NCBI GenBank assembly: GCA_964016885.1 | Contig: OZ024742.1 | Span: 3,162,001 to 3,226,000 of the forward strand | DNA length: 64,000 nucleotides | Direction: 5' to 3' | DNA from: Eledone cirrhosa | Lineage: Eukaryota | Part shown: positions 35,801 through 50,405 of the stretch, in pieces | Position numbering within the stretch: the stretch's first letter is position 1 | Layout: every line of letters begins with the position of its first letter | Notes under the pieces: generated by a model | What the model was told of the DNA's origin: nothing | What the model saw: the letters and a program-made list of their open reading frames with translations, nothing else | Database searches by the model: none | Program-made: the position numbers and the translations under genes

Positions 35801-38800
35801 ATTAACACACACCACTATAGTATTAACACACTTCACCACAGTATAGCACACTACACTATTGTATTAACACACAACACTATAGTATTAACACACTACACTA
35901 TAGTATTAACACACTATACTATAGTATTAACATAAAATTATAGTATGAACACATTACACTATAGTATTAATATAGCACTATAGTATTAACAGACTACACT
36001 ATAGTATTAACACACTACATTGCAGTGTTAACACACTACAATATAGTATTAACACACTATACTACAGTATTAACACACTACACTATTGTATTAACACACA
36101 ACACTATAATATTAACACACTACACTATAGTATTAACACACAACACTATAGTATTAACACACTACACTCTAGTATTAACACACTACACTGCAGTGTTAAC
36201 ACACTACAATATAGTATTAACACACTATACTACAGTATTAACACACTACACTATTGTATTAACACACATCACTATAGTTTTAACACACTACATTATAGTA
36301 TAACACACTACACTATAGTATTATCACACTACACTATAGTATAACACACTCCACTATAGTATTAACACACTACACTATAGTATTAACACACTATACTATA
36401 GTATTAACATAAAATTATAGTATGAACACATTACACTATAGTATTAATACAGCACTATAGTATTAACACACTACACTATAGTATTAACACACTACGTTAC
36501 AGTGTTAACACACTACAATATAGTATTAACACACAACACTATAGTATTAACACACTACACTATAGTATTAACACACTACACTACAGTATTAACACTGTAC
36601 ACTATAGTATTAACACACTATACTACAGTATTAACACACTACACTATAGTATTAACACACAACACTATAGTATTAACACACTACACTATAGTATTAACAC
36701 ACAACACTATAGTATTAACACACTACACTATAGTATTAACACACTACACTACAGTATTAACACTGTACACTATAGTATTAACACACTATACTACAGTATT
36801 AACACACTAAACTATAGTATTAACACACACCACTATAGTATTAACACATTTCACCACAGTATAACACAATACACTATCGTATTTATACACTAAATGATAG
36901 TATAACACACTACACTATAGTAATAACACACAACACTATAGTATTAACACACCACACTATAGTATAACACACAACACTATAGTATTAACACACAACACTA
37001 TAGTATTAACATACCACACTATAGTATATCACAATACACTATAGTATAACACACAACACTATATTATTAACACACCACACTATAGTATAACACTCTACAC
37101 TATAGTATTAACACACTACACTATAGTATAACACACTTCACTATAGTATCAACACACTATAATATAGTATTAACACACTACACTATAGTATTAACACACT
37201 ACACTATATTATTAACACACTACACTATAGTATTAACACACAACACTATAGTATTAACAAACTACACTATATTATATCACACTACACTATTGTATTAACA
37301 CACTACACTATAGTATTAACACACTACACTATAGTATTAACACACTACACTGTAGTATAACACACTACACTATAATATTAACACACTACATTATAGTATA
37401 AACACACTACATTATAGTATTACACACTACACTAGAGTATTATCACACTACACTATAGTATTAACACACAACACTATAGTAATAACACACTACACTATAG
37501 TATAACACACTACGCTTTAGTATTAACACACTAAACTATAGCATTAACACACTACACTATAGGTATTAACACACTACACTATAGTATTAAAACACAGCAC
37601 TATAGTATTAACACACTACACTATAGAATTAACACACAACACTATATTATTATCACACTACACTATAGTATTAACATTCTACATTATAGTATAACACACT
37701 ACCACTATAGTATTAACACACTACACTATAGTATTAACACACTACACTATAGTATAACACACTACACTATAGTATTAACACACTACACTATAGTATTAAC
37801 ACACTATACTACAGTATTAACACACTACACTATTGTATTAACACACAACATTATTGTATTAACACACTATACTACAGTATTAACATACTACACTAAAGTA
37901 TTAACACACAACACTATAGTATTAACATACTACATTATCGTATTACACTCTACACTATAGTATTAACACACTACACTACAGTGTAACACACTACACTATA
38001 GTATTAACACACTACACTATAGATTTAACACAAAACTATAGTATGAAAACATTACACTATAGTATTAACACAGCCCTATAATATTAACACTCTATACTAT
38101 GGTATTAACACACTACACTATAGTATTAACACACTACACTATAGTATTAACACACTACACTATAGTATTAACACACTACACTATAGTATAACACACTACA
38201 CTGTAGTATTAACACACTATACTACAGTATTAACACACTACACTATTGTATTAACACACAACACTATAGTATTAACACACTACATTATAGTATAACACAC
38301 TACACTATAGTTTTAACACACTACATTAGAGTATAACACACTACATTATAGTATAACACACTACTATTGTATTAACACACTACCTTTTTTAATGAACACG
38401 TTACACTATTATATAAACACACTACATTATAGTATTATCACACTACACTACAGTATTAACACACTACACTATAGTATTAACACACTATACTACAGTATTA
38501 ACAGACTACACTATAGTATTAACACACTACATTATAGTATAAAACACTACACTATAGTTTTAACACACTACATTATAGTATTAACACACATCACTATAGT
38601 ATTAACACACTTCACCACAGTATAGCACACTACACTATTGTGTTACCACACTAAACTATAGTATTAACACAACACTATAGTATAACACAATACAATATAG
38701 TATGAACACATTACACTATAGTATTAATACAGCACTATAGTATTAACACACTACACTATAGTATTAACACACTACACTACAGTGTTAACACACTACAATA

Positions 38801-41800
38801 TAGAATTAACACACTATACTACAGTATTAACACACTACACTATTGTATTAACACACAACACTATAGTATTAACACACTACACTATAGTATTAACACACAG
38901 CACTATAGTATTAACACACTACACTATATTATTAACACACTATACTACAGTATTAACACACTAAACTATAGTATTAACACACACCACTATAGTATTAACA
39001 CACTACATTATAGTATAACACACTACACTATAGTATTAACACACTACACTATAGTATTAACACACATCACTATAGTATTAACACATTTCACCACAGTATA
39101 ACACAATACACTATCGTATTAATACACTAAACTATAGTATAACGCACTACACTATAGTAATAACACACAACACTATAGTATTAACACACCACACTATAGT
39201 ATAACACACTACACTATAGTATTAACACACTACACTATATTATTAACAAACTACACTATAGTATTAACACACTACACTATAGTATTAACACACTACACTA
39301 TATTATTAACACACTACACTATAGTATTAACACACAACACTATACTATTAACACACTACATAATATTATATCACACTACACTATTGTATTAACACACTAC
39401 ACTATAGTATTAACACACTACACTATAGTATTAACCCACTACACTGTAGTATAACACACTACACTATAATATTAACACACTACGCTTTAGTATTAACACA
39501 CTACACTATAGCTATTAACACACTACACTATAGTATTAAAACACAGCACTATAGTATTAACACACTATACTATAGTATTAACACACAACACTATATTATT
39601 AACACACTACACTATAGTATTAACATTCTACATTGTAGTATAACACACTACACTATAGTATTAACACACTACACTATAGTATTAACACACTACACTATAG
39701 TATAACACACTACACTATAGTATTAACACACTACACTATAGTATTAACACACTATACTACAGTATTAACACACTTCACTATTGTATTAACACACAACATT
39801 ATTGTATTAACACTCTATACTACAGTATTAACACACTACACTATAGTATTAACACACAGCACTATAATATTAACACACTACATTATCGTATTACACTCTA
39901 CACTATAGTATTAACACACTACACTACAGTGTAACACACTACACTATAGTATTAACACACTACACTATAGATTTAACACAAATCTATAGTATGAAAACAT
40001 TACACTATAGTATTAACACAGCAATATAATATTAACAGTCTATACTATAGTATTAACACACTACACTATAGTATTAACACACTACACTATAGTATAACAC
40101 GCTACACTATAGTATTAACACACTATACTACAGTATTAACACACTACACTATTGTATTAACACACAACACTATAGTATTAACATACTACATTATAGTATA
40201 ACACACTACACTATAGTTTTAACACACTACATTAGAGTATAACACACTACAGTATAGTATAACACACTACTATAGTATTAACACACTACCTTGTTGTATG
40301 AACACGCTACACTATTATATTAACACACTACATTATAGTATTAACACACTACACTACAGTATTAACACACTACACTATAGTATTAACACACTATACTACC
40401 GTATTAACAGACTACACTATAGTATTAACACACAACACTATAGTATTAACACACTACATTATAGTATGACACACTACACTATAGTTTTAAAACACTACAT
40501 TATAGTATTAACACACATCACTATAGTGTTAACACACTTCACCACAGTATAGCACACTACACTATTGTGTTACCACACTAAACTATAGTATTAACACAAC
40601 ACTATAGTATAACACAATACAATATAGTATTAACAGACTACACTATAGTATTAACACACTACACTCTAGTATTAACACACTACACTACAGTGTTAACTCA
40701 CTACAATATAGTATTAACACACTATACTACAGTATTAACACACTACACTATTGTATTAACACACATCACTATAGTATTAACACACTACATTATAGTATAA
40801 CACACTACACTATAGTATTATCACACTACACTATAGTATAACACACTCCACTATAGTATTAACACACTACTCTATAGTATTTACACACTATACTATAGCA
40901 TTAACATTCTACATTACAGTGTTAACATAAAATTATAGTATGAACACATTACACTATAGTTTTAATACAGCACTATAGTATTAACACACTACACTATAGT
41001 ATTAACACACTACACTATAGTATTAACATTCTACATTACAGTGTTAACACACTACAATATAGTATTAACACACTATACTACAGTATTAACACACTACACT
41101 ATTGTATTAACACACAACACTATAGTATTAACACACTACACTATATTATTAACACACTACACTACAGTATTAACACTGTACACTATAGTATTAACACACT
41201 ATACTACAGTATTAACACACTAAACTATAGTATTAACACACACCACTATAGTATTAACACATTTCACCACAGTATAACACAATACACTATCGTATTTATA
41301 CACTAAATGATAGTATAACACACTACACTATAGTAATAACATACAACACTATAGTATTAACACACCACACTATAGTATAACACACAAAACTATAGTATTA
41401 ACACACAACACTATAGTATTAACACACCACACTATAGTATAACACACTACACTATAGTACAACACACAACACTATAGTATTAACACATCACACTATAGTA
41501 TAACACACTACACTATAGTATTAACACACTACACTATAGTATAACACACTTCACTATAGTATCAACACACTATAATATAGTATTAACACACTACACTATA
41601 GTATTAACACACTACACTATATTATTAACACACTAGACTATAGTATTAACACACTACACTATAGTATTAACACACTCCACTATAGTATTAACACACTACA
41701 CTGTAGTATAACACACTACACTATAATATTAACACACTACATTATAGTATTAACACACTACATTATAGTATTACACACTACACTATAGTATTATCAGACT

Positions 41801-44800
41801 ACACTATAGTATTAACACACAACACTATAGTAATAATACACTACACTATAGTATAACACACTACGCTTTAGTATTAACACACTAAACTATAGCATTAACA
41901 CACTACACTATAGGTATTAACACACTACACTATAGTATTAAAACACAGCACTATAGTATTAACACACTACACTATACTATTAACACACAACACTATATTA
42001 TTAACACACTACACTATAGTATTAACATTCTACATTATAGTATAACACACTACACTATAGTATTAACACACTACACTATAGTATTAACACACTACACTAT
42101 AGTATAACACACTACACTATATTATTAACACACTACACTATAGTATTAACACACTATACTACAGTATTAACACACTACACTATTGTATTAACACACAACA
42201 TTATTGTATTAACACACTATACTACAGTATTAACATACTACACTATAGTATTAACACACAACACTATAGTATTAACACACTACATTATCGTATTACACTC
42301 TACACTATAGTATTAACACACTACACTACAGTGTAACACACTACACTATAATATTAACACACTACACTATAGAATTAACACAAAACTATAGTATGAAAAC
42401 AGTACATTATAGTATTAACACAGCACTATAATATTAACACTCTATACTATGGTATTAACACACTACACTATAGTATTAACACACTACACTATAGTATAAC
42501 ACACTACACTATAGTATTAACACACTATACTACAGTATTAACACACTACACTATTGTATTAACACACAACACTATAGTATTAACACACTACATTATAGTA
42601 TAACACACTACACTATAGTTTTAACACACTACATTAGAGTATAACACACTACATTATAGTATAACACACTACTATAGTATTAACACACTACCTTGTTGTA
42701 TGAACACGCTACACTATTATATTAACACACTACACTATAGTTTTAACACACTACATTATAGTATTAACACACATCACTATAGTATTAACACACTTCACCA
42801 CAGTATAGCACACTACACTATAGTATTAACACACTACACTATAGTATAACACACTACACTCTAGTATTAACACACTACACTATAGTATTAACACACTATA
42901 CTACAGTATTAATACACTTCACTATTGTATTAACACACAACATTATTGTATTAACACTCTATACTACAGTATTAACACACTACACTATAGTATTAACACA
43001 CAACACTATAATATTAACACACTACATTATCGTATTACACTCTACACTATAGTATTAACACACTACACTACAGTGTAACACACTACACTATAGTATTAAC
43101 ACACTACACTATAGATCTAACACAAAACTATAGTATGAAAACATTACACTATAGTATTAACACAGCACTATAATATTAACACTCTATACTATAGTATTAA
43201 CACACTACACTATAGTATTAACACACTACACTATAGTATAACACACTACACTATAGTATTAACACACTATACTATAGTATTAACACATTACACTATAATA
43301 TTAACACACTACACTATAGTATTAACACAAAAACACTATAGTATTGACACACTACATTATAGTATAACACACTACACTATAGTATTAAGACACTACACTA
43401 TAGTATAACACACTACATTATAGTATAACACAATACACTATAGTATTAACAAACATCACTATAGTATTAACACACTTCACCACATTATAACACACTACAC
43501 TATCGTATTAACACACTACACTATAGTATTAACACACTACATTGTAATATTAACACACTACACTATAGTATTAACACACTATACTATAGTATAACACACT
43601 ACACTATAGTATTAACACACTACACTACTGTATTAACACACTACACTATAGTATTAACACACTATACTACAGTATTAACACACTACACTATAGTATTAAC
43701 ACACTACATTAGAGTATAACACACTACATTATAGTATAACACACTACTATAGTATTAACACACTACCTTGTTGTATGAACACGCTACACTATTATATTAA
43801 CACATTACACTATAGTATTAACACACTACACTACAGTATTAACACACTACACTATAGTATTAACACACTATACTACAGTATAAACACACTACACTATAGT
43901 ATTAACACACAACACTATAGTATTAATACACTACATTATAGTATAACACACTACACTATAGTTTTAACACACTACACTATAGTATTAACACACATCACTA
44001 TAGTATTAACACACTTCACCACATTATAGCACACTACACTATTGTATTACCACACTAAACTATAGTATTAACACAACACTATAGTATAACACAATACAAT
44101 ATAGTATTAACACACTACACTATAGTATTAACACACAACACTATAGTATTAACACACTACACTATAGTATTAAAACACAGCACTATAGTATTAACACACT
44201 ACACTATAGTATTAACACACAACACTATATTATTAACACACTAAACTATAGTATTGACATTCTACATTATAGTATAACACACTAGACTATAGTATTAACA
44301 CACTACACTATAGTATTAACACACTACACTATAGTATAACACACTACACTATAGTATTAACACACTACACTATAGTATTAACACACTATACTACAGTATT
44401 AACACACTTCACTATTGTATTAACACACAACATTATTGTATTAACACACTATACTATAGTATTAACACACTACACTATAGTATTAACACACTACATTATC
44501 GTATTGCACTCTACACTATAGTATTAACACACTACACTACAGTGTAACACACTACACTATAGTATTAACACACTACACTATAGATTTAACACAAAACTAT
44601 AGTATGAAAACATTACACTATAGTATTAACACAGCACTATAATATTAACACTCTATACTATAGTATTAACACACTACACTATAGTATTAACACACTACAC
44701 TATAGTATAACACACTACACTATAGTATTAACACACTATACTACAGTATTAACACACTACACTATTGTATTAACACACAACACTATAGTATTAACACACT

Positions 44801-44847
44801 ACATTATAGTATAACACACTACACTATAGTTTTAACACACTACATTA
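26824..44847. repeat. 9,051-bp-offset tandem segmental duplication inside the satellite (26824-35796 vs 35875-44847)
   Basis: ORF pairs 26974/36025, 27451/36502, 29341/38392, 29731/38782, 31247/40298, 31990/41041 and 34724/43775 all differ by exactly 9051 and have identical translations. Confidence 0.92.
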
Positions 44848-47800
44848 GAGTATAACACACTACATTATAGTATAAAACACTACTATAGTATTAACACACT
44901 ACCTTGTTGTATGAACACGCTACACTATTATATTAACACACTACATTATAGTATTAACACGCTACACTACAGTATTAACACACTACACTATAGTATTAAC
45001 ACACAACACTATAGTATTAACACACTACATTATAGTATAACACACTACACTATAGTTTTAACACACTACATTATAGTATTAACACACACCACTATAGTAT
45101 TAACACACTTCACCACAGTATAGCACACTACACTATTGTATTAACACACAACACTATAGTATTAACACACTACACTATAGTATTAACACACAGCACTATA
45201 GTATGAACACATTACACTATAGTATTAATACAGCACTATAGTATTAACACACTAGACTATAGTATTAACACACTACACTATAGAATTAACACACTACACT
45301 ACAGTGTTAACACACTACAATATAGTATTAACACACTATACTACAGTATTAACACACTACACTATTGTATTAACACACAACACTATAGTATTAACACACT
45401 ACACTATAGTATTAACACACAGCACTATAGTATTGACACACTACACTATATTATTAACACACTATACTACAGTATTGACATACTGAACTATAGTATTAAC
45501 ACACACCACTATAGTATTAACACACTACATTATAGTATAACACACTACACTATAGTATTAACACACTACACTATAGTATTAACACACATCACTATATTAT
45601 TAACACATTTCACCACAGTATAACACAAAACACTATCGTATTAATACACTAAACTACAGCATAACACACTACACTATAGTAATAACACACAACACTATAG
45701 TATTAACACACCACACTATAGTATAACACACTACACTATAGTATTAACACACTACACTATATTATTAACACACTACACTATAGTATTAACACACTACACT
45801 ATAGTATTAACACACTACACTATATTATTAACACACTACACTATAGTATTAACACACAACACTATACTATTAACACACTACACTATATTATATCACACTA
45901 CACTATTGTATTAACACACTACACTATAGTATTAACACACTACACTATAGTATTAACACACTACACTGTAGTATAACACACTACACTATAATATTAACAC
46001 ACTACGCTTTAGTATTATCACACTAAACTCTAGTATTAACATTCTACATTATAGTATAACACACTACACTATAGTATTAACACACTACACTATAGTATTA
46101 ACTCACTACACTATAGTATAACACACTACACTATAGTATTAACACACTACACTATAGTATTAACACACTATACTAGAGTATTAACACACTTCACTATTGT
46201 ATTAACACACAACATTATTGTATTAACACTCTATACTATAGTATTAACACACTACACTATAGTATTAACACACAACACTATAATATTAACACACTACATT
46301 ATCGTATTACACTCTACACTATAGTATTAACACACTACACTATATATTTAACACAAAACTATAGTATGAAAACATTACACTATAGTATTAACACAGCACT
46401 ATAATATTAACACTCTATACTATAGTATTAACACACCACACTATAGTATTAACCCACTACACTATAGTATAACACACTACACAATAGTATGAACACACTA
46501 TACTACAGTATTAACACACTACACTATTGTATTAACACACAACACTATAATATTAACACACTACATTATAGTATAACACACTACACTATAGTTTTAACAC
46601 ACTATATTAGAGTATAACACACTGCATTATAGTATAACACACTACTATAGTATTAACACACTAGCTTGTTGTATGAACACGCTACACTATTATATTAACA
46701 CACTACATTATAGTATTAACACACTACACTACAGTATTAACACAGTACGCTATAGTATTAACACACTATACTACAGCATTAACAGACTACACTATAGTAT
46801 TAACACACAACACTATAGTATTAACACACTACATTATAGTATAACACACTACACTATAGTTTTAACACACTACATTATAGTATTAACACACACCACTATA
46901 GTATTAACACACTTCACCACAGTATAGCACACTACACTATTGTGTTACCACACTAAACTATAGTATTAACACAACAATATAGTAATAACACACAACACTA
47001 TAGTATTAACACACCACACTATAGTATAACACACTACACTATAATATTAACACACTACACTATAGTATTTACACACTACACTATAGTATTAACACAAAAC
47101 TATAGTATGAACCCATTACACTATAGTATTAATACAGCACTATAGTATTAACACACTAGACTATAGTATTAACACACTACACTATAGTATTAACACACTA
47201 CACTACAGTGTTAACACACTACAATATAGTATTAACACACTATACTACAGTATTAACACACTACACTATTGTATTAATACACAACACTATAGTATTAACA
47301 CACTACACTATAGTATTAACACACAGCACTATAGTATTAACACACTACACTATATTATTAACACACTATACTACAGTATTGACACACTAAACTATAGTAT
47401 TAACACACACCACTATAGTATTAACACACTACATTATAGTATAACACACTACACTATAGTATTAACCCACTACACTATAGTATTAACACACCTCACTATA
47501 GTATTAACACATTTCACCACAGTATAACACAATACACTATCGTATTAATACACTAAACTATAGTATAACATACTACACTATAGTAATAACACACAACACT
47601 ATAGTATTAACACACCACACTATAGTATAACACACGACACTATAGTATTAACACACTACACTATATTATATCACTCTACACTATTGTATTAACACACTAC
47701 ACTATAGTATTAACACACTACACTATAGTATTAACACACTACACTGTAGTATAACACACTACACTATAATATTAACACACTACGCTTTAGTATTAACACA

Positions 47801-49029
47801 CTACATTACAGTGTTAACACACTACAATATAGTATTAACACACTATACTACAGTATTAACACACTACACTATTGTATTAACACCCAACACTATAGTATTA
47901 ACACACTACACTATAGTATTAACACACTACACTACAGTGTTAACACAGTACACTATAGTATTAACACACTATACTACAGTATTAACACACTACACTATAG
48001 TATTAACACACATCACTATAGTATTAACACATTTCACCACAGTATAACACAATACACTATCGTATTAATACACTAAATGATAGTATAACACACTACACTA
48101 TAGTAATAACACACAACACTATAGTATTAACACACCACACTATAGTATAACACACTACACTATAGTATAACACACTACACTATAGTATTAACACACAACA
48201 CTATAGTATTAACACACCACACTATAGTATAACACACTACACTATAGTATTAACACACTACACTATAGTATAAACACACTTCACTATAGTATCAACACAC
48301 TATAATATAGTATTAACACAATACACTATAGTATTAACACACTACACTATATTATTAACACACTACACTATAGTATTAACACACTACACTATAGTATTAT
48401 TAAAACACAGCACTATAGTATTAACACACTACACTATAGTATTAACACATAACACTATATTATTAACACACTACACTATAGTATTAACATTCTACATTAT
48501 AGTATAACACACTACACTATATTATTAACACACTACACTATAGTATTAACACTCTACACTATAGTATAACACACTACACTATAGTATTAACACACTACAC
48601 TATAGTATTAACACACTATACTACAGTATTAACACACTACACTATTGTATTAACACACAACATTATTGTATTAACACACTATACTACAGTATTAACACAC
48701 TACACTATAGTATTAACACACAACACTATAGTATTAACACACTACATTATCGTATTACACTCTACACTATAGTATTAACACACTACACTACAGTGTAACA
48801 CACTACACTATAGTATTAACACACTACACTATAGTATAACACACTACACTATATTATTAACACACTATACTACAGTATTAACACACTACACTATTGTATT
48901 AACACACAACACTATAGTATTAACACACTACATTATAGTATAACACACTACACTATAGTTTTAACACACTATACTACAGTATTAACACACTACACTATAA
49001 TATTAACACACTACACTATAGTATTAATA

Positions 49030-49083
49030 GTGTGTGTGTGTGTGTATCTATCTATATATATATATAAAGCTAGAGAGAGAGAT
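49030..49083. repeat. Compound microsatellite (TG)n-(TCTA)n-(TA)n-(GA)n between the satellite and the exon
   Basis: Read directly from the sequence. Confidence 0.85.
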
Positions 49084-49132
49084 GAAAAATAATAGAAATG
49101 TGTATTGAAAATATAAAAATAAAAAAACTTAC

Positions 49133-49272
49133 GTCAGTGAGTTTTCCATCTTTAAAAAAACCTACACTGTTCCATTCGTATTCATTCAAAGATTTCTGGC
49201 GGAAATTCAAAATTCTATAACGTGCTGGACCATCGCCATTAGGTAAAAAGGTAAAATTTTGACCACTCAAAC
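49133..49272 (-). CDS. Internal exon (140 nt) of a metabotropic glutamate receptor-like class C GPCR, end of the Venus flytrap domain: (G)LSGQNFTFLPNGDGPARYRILNFRQKSLNEYEWNSVGFFKDGKLTD
   Basis: Minus-strand acceptor ATTTTCAG|GT and donor GAC|GTAAGT. The F..NGDGPARYxI.NF...Y.W..VG motif is typical of mGluRs. Phase-compatible with exon 58159-58054. Confidence 0.9.
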
Positions 49273-49640
49273 CTGAAAATATATATCAAATATTACAAAC
49301 TAACTAAAGAGGATTCAATACTTACACAAATACATATTACGTGAAAATCTTTCAATAGGCGCTGGTATAGCTATTTAATGAATGAGTTAGTAACCACAAA
49401 TATCAAGGTTGAATGTCATTGCACGGCTCTGGTTGGAAGCTTATTGGAACATTCTAACATAGCTTCGGGTTGGTGGTTGTCTTGAGAGTAGAATTTAGGA
49501 GACAGATGTTTATTGTTACACAGGAACACAGATACATACATATATGTAATTGTGTTTATGTATTTTATATAGATATTTATATGTTCTAACACCCACCCAC
49601 GCAGATACAAATACCCCCCCCCCATATATATATATATAAT

Positions 49641-49985
49641 GGAGGCACATGGCTTAGTGGTTAGAGCATTGGCCTTGCAATCGAAAGGTTGTGAGTTCAA
49701 TTCTCAGACTGGGTGATGTGTTGTTTCCTTGAGCAAGACATTTTATTTCACATTGCTCCAGTTTACTCAGCTGTAGAAATGAGATGATAGGGACTGGGTC
49801 CCTATCATTCCACTGCAAAGTGGTCGTGGAGGTGCCACGGTAAAAAAGCACCCAGCACTCACTGTAAATGAGGTTGGTGTTAGGAAGGGCATCCAGCTGT
49901 AGAAATCAAGCCAGAATCAGTTCCCGTCCCACCCTTGCAAGCAGGGAAAAGTGGATGTAAAATGAAATGAAAATGAATGAATGAT
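49641..49985 (+). mobile_element. tRNA-derived SINE (possibly two fused SINE parts) with a simple-repeat tail
   Basis: Pol III A-box TGGCTTAGTGG (49650-49660) and B-box GAGTTCAATTC (49693-49703). CORE-like segment ttgtttccttgagcaagaca, a GGAAGGGCATCCAGCTGTAGAAA body motif and an (AAATG/GAAT)n tail. Preceded by (TA)n. Confidence 0.75.
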
Positions 49986-50220
49986 GTCAACTCTGGATGC
50001 CGGTGAGCAGGTCCAGCTGATCCCAGTCTCCTGTGTGTCACATTTGAGCTGACTTTTGGGAGGCTCCCATACAGCTCTGAGTTTTTCATCCTCAGTGTAT
50101 ACTGATTATTGTTCAGAGCCATCCTCAGCATTCTCGTGTAGCACCAATCCACCATCTGAGTGAGTTTCTGGGTCAGTGTCCAAGTCTCAGGCCCGTACAG
50201 CAGCACAAACTCCACTACAT
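49984..50220 (-). mobile_element. Inverted 5' part of an RTE-like non-LTR retrotransposon (RT C-terminal region)
   Basis: VVEFVLLYGPETWTLTQKLTQMVDWCYTRMLRMALN...NSELYGSLPKVS...RRL...HPEL is the typical post-RT C-terminal segment of RTE-type LINEs. Confidence 0.8.
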
Positions 50221-50390
50221 GGCCACACTGGAAGAGGAAGACCAAGGTTAATGTATGTTGATGCCCTAAGGACAGGCATTAGTCTGTTGGAGACTCAGGA
50301 CATGGCAGGGATAATGAGGGACAGAGACCGCTGGAGAGAACTCGTCCATGGATTTCGGGAATTTTACCCGCCCTAGATTAGAATAGAATA
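50212..50390 (+). mobile_element. 3' end of the same RTE-like LINE with stop codon and (TAGAA)n tail
   Basis: PLHGHTGRGRPRLMYVDAL...MRDRDRWRELV* followed by attagaatagaata and (TA)n. Confidence 0.78.
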
Positions 50391-50405
50391 TATATATATA
50401 TATAT

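Larger units (their letters stand above)
1..49027. repeat. 21-bp tandem satellite array (consensus ACACTACACTATAGTATTAAC; 18-22 bp variants) with higher-order structure; runs off the left edge of the window
   Basis: Uninterrupted tandem monomers from base 1 to ...ctatagtattaa at 49027, then (TG)n. Monomer is 9A/6T/5C/1G with an internal ACTATAGT palindrome. The heptad peptides in the ORF track (INTLHYS / VLTHYTI) reflect the 21-bp period. Confidence 0.98.

Noticed and set aside
77-48047. Dozens of ORFs encoding INTLHYS / VLTHYTI heptad repeats
   Set aside because: A by-product of the 21-bp period. Frequent 18-20 and 22 bp monomers shift frame with no sign of frame conservation.
1-49027. CRISPR-like array or telomeric repeat
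   Set aside because: No unique spacers or cas genes, the context is eukaryotic, and there is no TTAGGG-like G-rich unit.
49641-49715. Possible tRNA gene
   Set aside because: A/B boxes are present but there is no convincing cloverleaf, and the sequence continues into a SINE body.
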